From positions 186,001 to 250,000 of the forward strand of contig CP120461.1 of the NCBI GenBank assembly GCA_034226945.1: a DNA stretch of 64,000 nt, given 5' to 3'. The translations under genes and the position numbers were made by a program. Under the pieces are notes generated by a model. The model worked only from the letters and a program-made list of their open reading frames with translations. It did no database searches and was not told where the DNA came from. The stretch is from Picochlorum sp. SENEW3. Lineage: Eukaryota. This document shows, piece by piece, positions 23,157-35,882 of this stretch (positions are counted from its first letter, which is position 1; every line of letters begins with the position of its first letter).

Positions 23157-25236
23157 TCATCCCAGAAACCCCGAAACGAGTTCGGAAGTTTTGGCTCCAG
23201 CTTTTGTGACCCCCGCAGTTACGCACCCTTTCAAGGCTCCCTTGACAAAACTTCCCAACGGGCTACCCTCAAGTTTATAATAAATCTTTACCATCACATC
23301 TGCATCTTCACGATCAGTGATAGCTGTCGCGATACCTTGCTTCTCTCCATCACCAATTGATTCAACCAAGCCAGCAGCAACCCAGCCCTTAAAGCACTTC
23401 GTCAATGCTCCTTTAAGTCTTGCTAATCTGGTTGGAGATACTCCAGATACCTCGACCTCTTCAATGGCAGCCTCAGTAGCTCCGCAGCCGAAGCAAAGGA
23501 CTCACCAGCTCCGCAGCCGAAGCACCAGCCTCAGCAGCTCCGCAGCCGCAGCACCAGCCTCAGCAACTTCAACCGCCGCAGCACCAGCCTCAACAGCTTC
23601 CGCCACAACAGCACCAGCCTCAACAGCTTCCACCACACCAACAGCAAGTGCACCAACGAAAGGCGTTAATCTGATGAATGCAGTCATCGGCACACCATCC
23701 AATTCGACGACAGTGTTGTTGGATTGCATGACCAAACATTTTGATGCATGGTGGTAGTGGGACTGTTCAAAGCTCTGGAAGTCATGGCACTCTCCCTCCT
23801 TCACATTCATTCGAGAATTTCCAGGTGCGAGTCGAACATGCCATTCGAACGAGTCTCCAACATCGAGGACGTCAAAAATATCGGCAACAAATGCCTCATT
23901 TTGAGAACTTCCGAACACAAACAGCGCATTTGAGGGTGTGGACTCGAGCCCCTTGCCAGACACATCTTCCAAAATACTTTTGTACCTCTGAAAGCATTGG
24001 TGTGCTTCATCCATGCCTGGCATTGCAAAGGTGCCGTTTCCAGGGAGGCTTGCTTTGCCAGGTTCGTCCAGGTGACGAAGAAATCTGTCGCATTGAGAAT
24101 ATCTTGGTACATGCGCCCTTCGTTCAGGTCATTCTTTACGAAAGGAATTGACGCAGGCAGCCTTGACTTTGGAACTGTTATGGCAACAAAGTCACCCGGT
24201 AAATCCTCTGCATATCCTGGAAGTGGCCGGAGCGATCCAGAGTCTGTGGTGACGAAGTACGTATTGAGAGGGGTTCGATGCGATCCTTCGGGGCAGGGGG
24301 ACACCTCAACCGTTGCATTTTCCTTCCTGGGAAACCGCCTTGCTTGCCTTGCATCCCTGGACTTTCCAAAACACTCTCCACCTTCACGAATGCCGTGAAA
24401 CCGTGCCCATCCATATTTGATTCACTCAGTACAGACTCTGTTTCCACTTGGAGGCATCGGGTGGGATGCTGGTAGACTGGATTCTCCAAGGATTTCTCGT
24501 CCAGACATTCAAACTCCGGTGCAGCAATGCGATGCTCATCTTTCGCGACGCGAATCCTCATCACATAGTCCTCTTCCGTAGCATACACCTCCAAAATATC
24601 GGCAATCAAGCCCCTGTGAATTGGGGTGTGAAACACGATCAGGGCATTGGCAGGGAAAGTTGCTTGGCTTCCTCGTTTCTCGGCCAACTCCTGGGCCAAT
24701 TCTTGATACCTATCGATGCAAACATCTACCTCTGTCATCCAGGGCATACCAAAGGTGCCATCCTTGATGGAAGCTGACGACGATGCATCGCTCCAAGAGC
24801 TCAAGAATCTCTCCGCGTCCCACACAACCTCCTCGTACAAGTGTCTTTCATCCATATCATTGATGACCAGTGGCACCGAAGCAGGCAAGTCTGTTTGGGA
24901 AAAGATCAGGTCATACAAGGTACCCAGAGTACCTTCCTGACCTACCTGGTTCACACTAACGTTATTGACGCTCATGATGTAAGAAGACATGGGGACAATG
25001 CCGAGCGTGCAACTTTCAGATTGCCTGGGGGAGACTGGCTTCCGAGGGTTGACCGGAAGCCTACACTTGCCCTGTGAGGCGTCCCATATTTGCCCAACTG
25101 GACACCCCGGATCGGTCAGTAAACAGTAGTTGCCGTCGAATTCATATCTGAATGGACACTGATACACCCATCCACGAGCAGGAGTCCACGAGGACAGTGC
25201 AGCCACCACAAAAAGCAGGCACCTGACCAGAATCAT
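23157..25236 (-). CDS. Secreted tandem-domain protein, copy 1 (frameshifted as given; possibly sequencing error)
   Basis: Same sequence as 29120-31204 except several 1-nt deletions (agctccgca vs agcttccgca, ccaaaacact vs ccaaaaacact, tccagggag vs tccaggggag). Confidence 0.7.
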
Positions 25237-25459
25237 GGTATGACAAGATTCCACCTTGATCAAGATTCATGAATCTCGATCTTTTTCTTATTGATTACAT
25301 AGGAAATTGAAATTGAGAGTACGAATCCACCGCATTCACTCGCCTGCTTGTATGTGTATGCGAATCTTGTATGCGAATCTTGTATGAAGATTCTTCATGT
25401 TGTGACGGGTCGGGAGATATATATATACCCGGTATATACATTATCGAAAAGGCGAGATG

Positions 25460-26499
25460 GTCCCCTAAATTTGGGTCGCTGATTTCTTCGCGCACAGAGC
25501 GTTATATATTCCCGATCGTATATATTATTAATCAGTGTTACAAGTAGAATATCTCATCAAAATTTGGTGGCAAATGGTTCGCGTAATCGGGAGTTCGCCT
25601 CTCGGTGGGATGGGCAGATGCGCTTGAAACTTGACGTCCAAAAGTTGGTTCTCGGCGGAAAGACGCCGTTCCTCCGATCAAATATTATTTATTAAATGTA
25701 TATGCAACTTTTTAGAGCGGAAGGGTTGTGTGAAACCATCGTTGACACTTTCCCCCCACGCCCCGCTTTCATGCGGGTGCAAGTAGGAAATAAGGATCCC
25801 GACCGCACCACGCGTGGCGTATACGCCAGATCTGGCTCTAGCGCCTTATTTCACCCTTGCACCCGCGTAAATTCTAATTCGGGGGGTTGCCCGATCTCAA
25901 AGTATCCTGGTTCTAATACCTCATGTAAATGCATAGAATTGAAATCAATGCATTATTCTGCGAGCCAATCGTCTCATGGCTGAAACAACAGAGGGTGGTG
26001 GTCAAAGTTGCTTGTGGAGCCACAAACAGAGGCGACAACTGCAGGCCTTGAACATTTTGCCCTTCGATCTTTCTGATTCCAACGCTTACCTGTATCGATG
26101 TCGCAGGGATTCGACCGATTTCGAAGAGAATATGAGGAGGGGGTGGAGGTTGGCACAGCTTTTGATGTCTGTGGAGAGAAGGACTACTCCAGGCTGAGGC
26201 AAGCAGGCAAGCTGCCGAAGCCTGTCGACGCATGTAGCCGGGACCAGCTTCTGCTCGTGCAACGATACGCCGCAATATATCAGGAAGACGAAGAGCCGGC
26301 ATTGGTCATCGAGGAACGCCTGGGAGAGTCCGTTGTGCATAACCACGGCTTTTGGCCTATGAAGGAAATGCCCTATATTGTAGCACGCCCTAGAGCAATC
26401 ATCCTTCCGGAAATGGGCCTCCACGACACTTGTACCTTACTAGATGTCTATGAACTAGACAATTTTGGGGGCTGTCCCGATGCGATTCCCCAGTACGCC
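25460..26499 (+). mobile_element. Terminal fragment of a DNA transposon related to the 52-58 kb element, with a 3'-truncated ORF (repeated at 31428-32466)
   Basis: 25460-25736 is an inverted, diverged copy of 57998-58276; ORF MAETTEGGG... (31942 in copy 2) runs into the X/A junction. Confidence 0.65.
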
Positions 26500-28067
26500 G
26501 GCATCATCCCAAAAACTGTACGTCTCCTTTTGCTTCAGAGGACCAGTCCTCTTGTAGTGAGTTGCACTCCTGGCATTCGTCACACGCTTGGACATCACCT
26601 ACACATCAATATGGATAGTATTAACAATAAATTAATATGGGCACACAGCTTTCTCTTTTGAGAAAGAATAGCCAAAAAATTCGTCGTCACATGGAGGCCA
26701 ACGACAATCAGTCACGGATCAGTCGAATTCTCGTATCAAACCACTGCCTCCAAAGGCAAATGGCTTTTAGGAGATGAAATAGTAAAACAGACTAGCCATT
26801 ACAGTGACGCTGAGAGCCAGTCTAATAACAAACGCGCATTCGCGTGATCTACAGTCGGTTCAATCAACACCCACGGCGTTTTGCTTGGGCTACAGACGTA
26901 CCATGTTGAATCTTTATTTAAATTGTCTTTTCAAAAATCTATTTAGTAAAAATATGTGTACTCATGCAATAATGAATTATGCAAGCTTGCCTTAAGGCAT
27001 CCCATGATCCTGGCCAGGGTGGACCAGCTATGGGACCATAGTATATATGGGATGCGCATTCCTTGATCAAGGATGTTTTGCAATCATGTGCTCAAGGATG
27101 GACAGGATGGACATGGTGGGCAGTTCTTGCAGACTGAAGAGCTGACCAACACGCGATCAAAGTATATGAGAGTACCTGTTCCATCAGGGTTTATCACCTC
27201 GGGGTTCTGATTGAAGGTGGTTGCAGGAGGGATGTATAGATCTGCAATGCCACCAGAACCTCCAACATAGATTTCTTCAGACAAGTACAAATGCCCATTG
27301 GGACTGATTCCAAGGCCAGTGAACTGTTCCGCTGTCTGACGGCGGGTGAAGGAGGACGGGGGAGACAGCGGTTGTGGGGGCAGTGGTGCCAGGCCGGGCC
27401 TTGTCAAAATAAACTTCCAATTCAACCCTTTACGATTGGGACGACCCAGCACGACCGAGGTATCTTCGCAGAGATCATTGTCAGCCCAGACTGGACCGAG
27501 AAGGCTCACAGATCCCTCGCGCTGTACATGCCTCTCGATGCTGCACAAAGACAAACCTGATGGGTGAATTCATGCTCCCAAGGAGCAGGTCAAATCCTAT
27601 TTTTCTTACCCAATGTATGCTTTCGTCACAAAAAATGCACGTACATATGTATGATTTTACATCAATGCTCCCTGGCCAGGTCGCCTCTTGATCAAGCGGG
27701 GTACCTGCAGGTACATTGTACACCTGTACAGGTACCACATGTGGTGGGGTACCCAGGGCTCCGTGAAAAGAAATAAGAAACAAAAAGACACGGACAAAAC
27801 TTTTGCAAATAATTTGTATGTATTCCCTCGATTTCCTACTTGGACGAGGTCCCATGAGAGTAGGCCTCGGACGCACACGGACAGACTCTCGAGAGTTGGT
27901 TTCAACGGCAACTTTTAGCATACGAGAGTTGAATTTCCGACATCGGCGCACACCCTTAGTTGCGCAGTTTTCTCATATACATGCAACTAAAGATTATTAT
28001 AAATGAACATTGAGATCATTGCAATGCAATACTTGCGCAAGCGGTGTAGAAAAGGCTAAAGATAGCA

Positions 28068-28962
28068 ATGGTTGACTCACAACGACAGCAACACGTAACG
28101 GCTCCCACTGCAGCCGAAAGAGCACTTGGTAAGTTACGAAACGAATCAAAGAATAATGCTGATAAACATAAAATTCTGTTAGATTGCTCGAGGAAAAGAG
28201 GGCGGCCAAAGAAGAAGAGAAGTGACGCGGAGCTATGCAAAGCCGATTGGCTCAGGAAGTGGAGAATTCTCCATATTCGAATTTGAATGTGCAAGATCCT
28301 TTACAGGATGCACTGGCTGCGATAGATGAAAATATTGATGAAGCGCGAGTATCTCAGAAGAAACACTATATAAATTGGACAATGAATGACAAGAAAGTGA
28401 TCCTTGAAAAGCTTCAAGATTTCAAGGGCAAGGCAACCAAAAATCCTGTAGCAGCCACTGTCAAATATTTTGCCAAGCATCGTGGATCTATCAATGAAGG
28501 TGCATATCCTAAATACTATAGGAACCTAACTGTAGCAAATGTACGCTCCTGGATTAAAGCAAAGGAGAAGGTCTGCAGAAGGCCTGGGAGAGAGAGTGAC
28601 CTGAAACCTGAGGCAAGGGAGGCTATTTTCAGCATATTAAGGATTTGCTGCCAAAGGAGCATAATTCAACCGGCTTAAGCACTCATGTATTGTCTGAAAC
28701 AGTGAATTCGACTACTTTAATACCTCAAATACAGGCATTCATCAGGAAACTTGGGGAGGGTAGCAAACTAGATGATGGAAGTTTCAAGGTGAGTACTTGT
28801 GTGAATGATTTATGCAGACAACTGGGCTTCTCTATGAGAAGCAAAACTCAAGACACATAAAAAGAACCGGATGACTGGAAAGAGCACATGGGTAGATTCA
28901 AGTATCAGATGGCATACATAGTCAAAACAAGAGGATAATCAAAAGAAGACGTTTACAACAAG
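28068..28962 (+). mobile_element. Degenerate pogo-like transposase relic, copy 2
   Basis: Duplicate of 22104-23000 with an extra 1-nt deletion near 28230. Confidence 0.55.
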
Positions 28963-29119
28963 AAATGTATCTTGTCAATTCCAGACAGTCAAAAAAGGGA
29001 GACAAAATCCTGAAATCACGAACAGTTAGCTGCGGTACAGTATATACAATTGATGAACATCTGGGATAGTAACCGAGATATCTTGCTTTACAAAACCAGA
29101 TATAGCTTCTGTGGGGCTT

Positions 29120-31204
29120 TCATCCCAGAAACCCCGAAACGAGTTCGGAAGTTTTGGCTCCAGCTTTTGTGACCCCCGCAGTTACGCACCCTTTCAAGGC
29201 TCCCTTGACAAAACTTCCCAACGGGCTACCCTCAAGTTTATAATAAATCTTTACCATCACATCTGCATCTTCACGATCAGTGATAGCTGTCGCGATACCT
29301 TGCTTCTCTCCATCACCAATTGATTCAACCAAGCCAGCAGCAACCCAGCCCTTAAAGCACTTCGTCAATGCTCCTTTAAGTCTTGCTAATCTGGTTGGAG
29401 ATACTCCAGATACCTCGACCTCTTCAATGGCAGCCTCAGTAGCTTCCGCAGCCGAAGCAAAGGACTCACCAGCTTCCGCAGCCGAAGCACCAGCCTCAGC
29501 AGCTTCCGCAGCCGCAGCACCAGCCTCAGCAACTTCAACCGCCGCAGCACCAGCCTCAACAGCTTCCGCCACAACAGCACCAGCCTCAACAGCTTCCACC
29601 ACACCAACAGCAAGTGCACCAACGAAAGGCGTTAATCTGATGAATGCAGTCATCGGCACACCATCCAATTCGACGACAGTGTTGTTGGATTGCATGACCA
29701 AACATTTTGATGCATGGTGGTAGTGGGACTGTTCAAAGCTCTGGAAGTCATGGCACTCTCCCTCCTTCACATTCATTCGAGAATTTCCAGGTGCGAGTCG
29801 AACATGCCATTCGAACGAGTCTCCAACATCGAGGACGTCAAAAATATCGGCAACAAATGCCTCATTTTGAGAACTTCCGAACACAAACAGCGCATTTGAG
29901 GGTGTGGACTCGAGCCCCTTGCCAGACACATCTTCCAAAATACTTTTGTACCTCTGAAAGCATTGGTGTGCTTCATCCATGCCTGGCATTGCAAAGGTGC
30001 CGTTTCCAGGGGAGGCTTGCTTTGCCAGGTTCGTCCAGGTGACGAAGAAATCTGTCGCATTGAGAATATCTTGGTACATGCGCCCTTCGTTCAGGTCATT
30101 CTTTACGAAAGGAATTGACGCAGGCAGCCTTGACTTTGGAACTGTTATGGCAACAAAGTCACCCGGTAAATCCTCTGCATATCCTGGAAGTGGCCGGAGC
30201 GATCCAGAGTCTGTGGTGACGAAGTACGTATTGAGAGGGGTTCGATGCGATCCTTCGGGGCAGGGGGACACCTCAACCGTTGCATTTTCCTTCCTGGGAA
30301 ACCGCCTTGCTTGCCTTGCATCCCTGGACTTTCCAAAAACACTCTCCACCTTCACGAATGCCGTGAAACCGTGCCCATCCATATTTGATTCACTCAGTAC
30401 AGACTCTGTTTCCACTTGGAGGCATCGGGTGGGATGCTGGTAGACTGGATTCTCCAAGGATTTCTCGTCCAGACATTCAAACTCCGGTGCAGCAATGCGA
30501 TGCTCATCTTTCGCGACGCGAATCCTCATCACATAGTCCTCTTCCGTAGCATACACCTCCAAAATATCGGCAATCAAGCCCCTGTGAATTGGGGTGTGAA
30601 ACACGATCAGGGCATTGGCAGGGAAAGTTGCTTGGCTTCCTCGTTTCTCGGCCAACTCCTGGGCCAATTCTTGATACCTATCGATGCAAACATCTACCTC
30701 TGTCATCCAGGGCATACCAAAGGTGCCATCCTTGATGGAAGCTGACGACGATGCATCGCTCCAAGAGCTCAAGAATCTCTCCGCGTCCCACACAACCTCC
30801 TCGTACAAGTGTCTTTCATCCATATCATTGATGACCAGTGGCACCGAAGCAGGCAAGTCTGTTTGGGAAAAGATCAGGTCATACAAGGTACCCAGAGTAC
30901 CTTCCTGACCTACCTGGTTCACACTAACGTTATTGACGCTCATGATGTAAGAAGACATGGGGACAATGCCGAGCGTGCAACTTTCAGATTGCCTGGGGGA
31001 GACTGGCTTCCGAGGGTTGACCGGAAGCCTACACTTGCCCTGTGAGGCGTCCCATATTTGCCCAACTGGACACCCCGGATCGGTCAGTAAACAGTAGTTG
31101 CCGTCGAATTCATATCTGAATGGACACTGATACACCCATCCACGAGCAGGAGTCCACGAGGACAGTGCAGCCACCACAAAAAGCAGGCACCTGACCAGAA
31201 TCAT
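29120..31204 (-). CDS. Intact 694-aa secreted protein: Cys-rich N-terminus, two tandem ~210-aa domains, Ala/Glu repeat and helical tail
   Basis: Signal peptide MILVRCLLFVVAALSSWTPARG; repeated motifs LPASVP/LPASIP, GTFGMP/GTFAMP, PANALIVF/PSNALFVF, IADILEV/VADIFDV, FTAFVK/MTAFIR; intronless. Confidence 0.8.
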   Translation of the reverse strand: MILVRCLLFVVAALSSWTPARGWVYQCPFRYEFDGNYCLLTDPGCPVGQIWDASQGKCRLPVNPRKPVSPRQSESCTLGIVPMSSYIMSVNNVSVNQVGQEGTLGTLYDLIFSQTDLPASVPLVINDMDERHLYEEVVWDAERFLSSWSDASSSASIKDGTFGMPWMTEVDVCIDRYQELAQELAEKRGSQATFPANALIVFHTPIHRGLIADILEVYATEEDYVMRIRVAKDEHRIAAPEFECLDEKSLENPVYQHPTRCLQVETESVLSESNMDGHGFTAFVKVESVFGKSRDARQARRFPRKENATVEVSPCPEGSHRTPLNTYFVTTDSGSLRPLPGYAEDLPGDFVAITVPKSRLPASIPFVKNDLNEGRMYQDILNATDFFVTWTNLAKQASPGNGTFAMPGMDEAHQCFQRYKSILEDVSGKGLESTPSNALFVFGSSQNEAFVADIFDVLDVGDSFEWHVRLAPGNSRMNVKEGECHDFQSFEQSHYHHASKCLVMQSNNTVVELDGVPMTAFIRLTPFVGALAVGVVEAVEAGAVVAEAVEAGAAAVEVAEAGAAAAEAAEAGASAAEAGESFASAAEATEAAIEEVEVSGVSPTRLARLKGALTKCFKGWVAAGLVESIGDGEKQGIATAITDREDADVMVKIYYKLEGSPLGSFVKGALKGCVTAGVTKAGAKTSELVSGFLG

Positions 31205-33051
31205 GGTATGACAAGATTCCACCTTGATCAAGATTCATGAATCTCGATCTTTTTCTTATTGATTACATAGGAAATTGAAATTGAGAGTACGAATCCACCG
31301 CATTCACTCGCCTGCTTGTATGTGTATGCGAATCTTGTATGCGAATCTTGTATGAAGATTCTTCATGTTGTGACGGGTCGGGAGATATATATATACCCGG
31401 TATATACATTATCGAAAAGGCGAGATGGTCCCCTAAATTTGGGTCGCTGATTTCTTCGCGCACAGAGCGTTATATATTCCCGATCGTATATATTATTAAT
31501 CAGTGTTACAAGTAGAATATCTCATCAAAATTTGGTGGCAAATGGTTCGCGTAATCGGGAGTTCGCCTCTCGGTGGGATGGGCAGATGCGCTTGAAACTT
31601 GACGTCCAAAAGTTGGTTCTCGGCGGAAAGACGCCGTTCCTCCGATCAAATATTATTTATTAAATGTATATGCAACTTTTTAGAGCGGAAGGGTTGTGTG
31701 AAACCATCGTTGACACTTTCCCCCACGCCCCGCTTTCATGCGGGTGCAAGTAGGAAATAAGGATCCCGACCGCACCACGCGTGGCGTATACGCCAGATCT
31801 GGCTCTAGCGCCTTATTTCACCCTTGCACCCGCGTAAATTCTAATTCGGGGGTTGCCCGATCTCAAAGTATCCTGGTTCTAATACCTCATGTAAATGCAT
31901 AGAATTGAAATCAATGCATTATTCTGCGAGCCAATCGTCTCATGGCTGAAACAACAGAGGGTGGTGGTCAAAGTTGCTTGTGGAGCCACAAACAGAGGCG
32001 ACAACTGCAGGCCTTGAACATTTTGCCCTTCGATCTTTCTGATTCCAACGCTTACCTGTATCGATGTCGCAGGGATTCGACCGATTTCGAAGAGAATATG
32101 AGGAGGGGGGTGGAGGTTGGCACAGCTTTTGATGTCTGTGGAGAGAAGGACTACTCCAGGCTGAGGCAAGCAGGCAAGCTGCCGAAGCCTGTCGACGCAT
32201 GTAGCCGGGACCAGCTTCTGCTCGTGCAACGATACGCCGCAATATATCAGGAAGACGAAGAGCCGGCATTGGTCATCGAGGAACGCCTGGGAGAGTCCGT
32301 TGTGCATAACCACGGCTTTTGGCCTATGAAGGAAATGCCCTATATTGTAGCACGCCCTAGAGCAATCATCCTTCCGGAAATGGGCCTCCACGACACTTGT
32401 ACCTTACTAGATGTCTATGAACTAGACAATTTTGGGGGCTGTCCCGATGCGATTCCCCAGTACGCCGGCATCATCCCAAAAACTGTACGTCTCCTTTTGC
32501 TTCAGAGGACCAGTCCTCTTGTAGTGAGTTGCACTCCTGGCATTCGTCACACGCTTGGACATCACCTACACATCAATATGGATAGTATTAACAATAAATT
32601 AATATGGGCACACAAGCTTTCTCTTTTGAGAAAGAATAGCCAAAAAATTCGTCGTCACATGGAGGCCAACGACAATCAGTCACGGATCAGTCGAATTCTC
32701 GTATCAAACCACTGCCTCCAAAGGCAAATGGCTTTTAGGAGATGAAATAGTAAAACAGACTAGCCATTACAGTGACGCTGAGAGCCAGTCTAATAACAAA
32801 CGCGCATTCGCGTGATCTACAGTCGGTTCAATCAACACCCACGGCGTTTTGCTTGGGCTACAGACGTACCATGTTGAATCTTTATTTAAATTGTCTTTTC
32901 AAAAATCTATTTAGTAAAAATATGTGTACTCATGCAATAATGAATTATGCAAGCTTGCCTTAAGGCATCCCATGATCCTGGCCAGGGTGGACCAGCTATG
33001 GGACCATAGTATATATGGGATGCGCATTCCTTGATCAAGGATGTTTTGCAA

Positions 33052-35882
33052 TCATGTGCTCAAGGATGGACAGGATGGACATGGTGGGCAGTTCTTGCAG
33101 ACTGAAGAGCTGACCAACACGCGATCAAAGTATATGAGAGTACCTGTTCCATCAGGGTTTATCACATCGGGGTTCTGATTGAAGGTGGTTGCAGGAGGGA
33201 TGTATAGATCTGCAATGCCACCAGAACCTCCAACATAGATTTCTTCAGACAAGTACAAATGCCCATTGGGACTGATTCCAAGGCCAGTGAACTGTGCTGC
33301 ACTCCCACGCTGCTGCACGTCTGTATCTCCATCAAATGTGCCAGCTGGAGGTGAAATGTATGGGACGGCAATTTCCACCAGATCTCCCAGATCTGCCTTG
33401 TTGAGAACCCTGAGCTGCTTCGTAACACTTCTGGACTGGCTGATGATGAAGAGTTTGTCACCAAATATTTGTACTTCGGAGGCCCCTGTCACCTCTTCGC
33501 CTGATTCCATGACAAAGGTACCATTGGCAGAGAATTTCCGAATCTTGTCATCCCCAGCGACATAGACGGTGCCATCAGCATCAACCGCCGAGCCCTCACT
33601 TCCAGAGGTCACACCAGGATTCCAAGAATCGTCTTTGACAGGATTCTCAGGATCGGACACATCCCACCTGGCAATCCCTGAGTCTTTTTCAGTGGTCACA
33701 TAGAGCCAATACGTGGTGCCTTCTTTCCACCAGTCCAATCCTGTTGGCTCTCCGGCAAGTCCAGGGTCTCCAGTGTACAGAACAGTGTCCAAATCAGAGG
33801 TGAGGATGAGAATCCTCTTGCCATCTTCAAGGGCTACATACACGTTTCCGCGATCATCCTCTTTGATGTCAACTGGCTTTTGATTAACACCTGGCACAAT
33901 TGGAATGCCTGCCCATGCCTTGAAGGGACCTTGAGTGCAAACTGCTCCACCATTGTCATTGTTCTCTGTTGTATTCCATACTTGGCAATTCGATGCCGAA
34001 TTATCTGGGCCACCGTAAGCAGGCTGCCCTCCATACCCACCCCATCTAATTTTAATATAATCTTGGATAGGATAATCTTCTCTGTTGGCATTGAAGTAGT
34101 CGTCAACGGTCTCACCCTGCGGCATTCCGTTGCCAAATATGGCAGTTTCAGATCCCTCAACTGCAAGGACACCTGCTGAGACTTTCCGGATGGCCTGTGT
34201 GTATGCTGTCGTGGCGCTGTGGATATATCCTGTGTACACAGAAGATCCATCATAGCTCACTCCAAGACCCCTTAGCCCTCTCGTGGTTGAGTAACCAGGC
34301 TTTGGATTACCTCTCAAACCGAAATAATCTGACTGAACTTGGAATGTCAAGGATATACACTCGTTTTGACTACAGAAGGCCCCAGCATCATCACAATCAC
34401 TGGATAAAACACAGCAACCCGGCCCAAAGCTGCACAGAAACACGAGAAAATCAGCGATGACAAATGCCTCGATACAAACACGTGAGATGATACCATACCT
34501 GTGAGTCACAGAAGAAGGCTGTGATGGTGCGCTCTCCTCTCCGGATGCTGTCTTGGAGGTGACAGTGCAAGAGTATGTGATGTTGCCCTCCACCGGAGTC
34601 AGATCAGCAGTTGTCTCTACGGAGCTCACATTCTTCTGCACTGGGGACTCTCCGCCAGTGCACACCACAATATATTGAGATGGAGGAGGTCCAGTGGTCA
34701 CTTCATTCCACTCCACGCGAATTCCTGGGGTGCAGGTATCTGGAATTTGAGAGGCATTGACACCAGTCGGTGTGGATGGAGTACATGTTGATGGCCAACT
34801 GCAGAGAACAAGACAATCACGCTCACAAATGCACCGGATTCATTCAAACATAATGGTACACAGTTCTGAAATATTTGGCTTCAATATCGAGGAACATACC
34901 TGTACGTTACTGGGGATGCACCTGCAGGCGGTGATGTACCTGATGGACCCTGGGATACCACAGAACACGTGTACTCCTCTTCAGCCTGGATCGACAAGGT
35001 GGTGTTGCGTTGCGTTGCCTCAACAGTCCTGTTCTCTGCTGGCGCTGTCAGGGACGTGCAAGAAACAAAATACCCAGTAATAGTAGAACTTCTCTGTGGG
35101 GCTGCCCACGTCACAACAACAGATGGTGTGCAGTCGCTTGCTGCATTGGCTGCGACATTCGCGGGAGGCAGTGGGCTTGGAACTGGAGGTTCCGCCTGCA
35201 CATCAGCAACCTCTACAGAGCCCTCCAGGCCACTTGAGAGCACAGCATTCACTGCAGTCGCATTCTGTGTCAGCGCCTCTGTGAGAGACCAAATATTCCT
35301 GTAGTCGTCGTCTTCCACCTGGATAAGAACAATGGCACTACCGTCGGTGACACGCAGCACAGAACATGTTCCTCCTGGCTGCAAGGTCAACACATTGGCA
35401 CAGACTTGGGCTCGCTCTGATGGACCAAAGGCAGCTGCGTTGGGGTACTCTTCGAACACCAACTCAAATCTCACAACACCTTGGGACGGCGTGGCCTCCT
35501 GGCAATACGACACTTTTCCCTTTTCGGTGAGAGTCGTCTCCACAAAGCAACTGTATGTCTGATCCACCTCCAAACCTTGGACTGTGCCCTCCACAGCAGC
35601 TGGTTTGACTGGCAAAGACCCCCGTACAGACTGACCTTGTGGGATCGCATCGCATCCCTCGCCCTCCAAAACACACTTGATCGTGAATTGAGTTCCAGGA
35701 ATGTTTGGACCAGTCTTGAAGCCCACAGTGATGTTTGGCAAGTTGGCCTCCACGATAACTGGCTGTCTGACCGAGGTCAGCAGACGATCGGCATCATCTG
35801 CGAGCAGCAACCAACTCAGATTAGTACCACATCTTTGACCAACAAAAAGCAATTTTAAGTGCCGATATTCGTGCGTCCACAT
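33052..35882 (-). CDS. Gene A: multi-exon extracellular protein with FN3-like repeats, a SEA-like segment and a C-terminal beta-propeller (NHL/YVTN-like)
   Basis: FN3-like VVTWAAP..ITGYFVSC..YTCSVVS; GT-AG introns near 34898-34799 and 34498-34430; propeller blades [41 protein letters not shown]. 5' end uncertain. Confidence 0.68.

Larger units (their letters stand above)
20536..33295. repeat. A-X-A-X-A tandem segmental amplification, period ~5.96 kb
   Basis: A = 20536-21364, 26500-~27327, 32467-33295; X = 21365-26499 and ~27328-32466; copies nearly identical apart from 1-nt indels and a few substitutions. Confidence 0.97.

Noticed and set aside
23157..25236. Copy 1 of the cargo gene as a true pseudogene
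   Set aside because: All lesions are single-base losses in short homopolymers, typical of unpolished long-read consensus in repeats; undecidable without reads.
31942..32745. 267-aa ORF as a complete gene
   Set aside because: Its last ~90 codons are read-through across the X/A junction into the antisense of the small host gene and intergenic DNA.
20536..33295. A repeats as LTRs of a retrotransposon
   Set aside because: A consists of host gene fragments, lacks TG...CA ends, and X has no gag, pol or primer-binding site.
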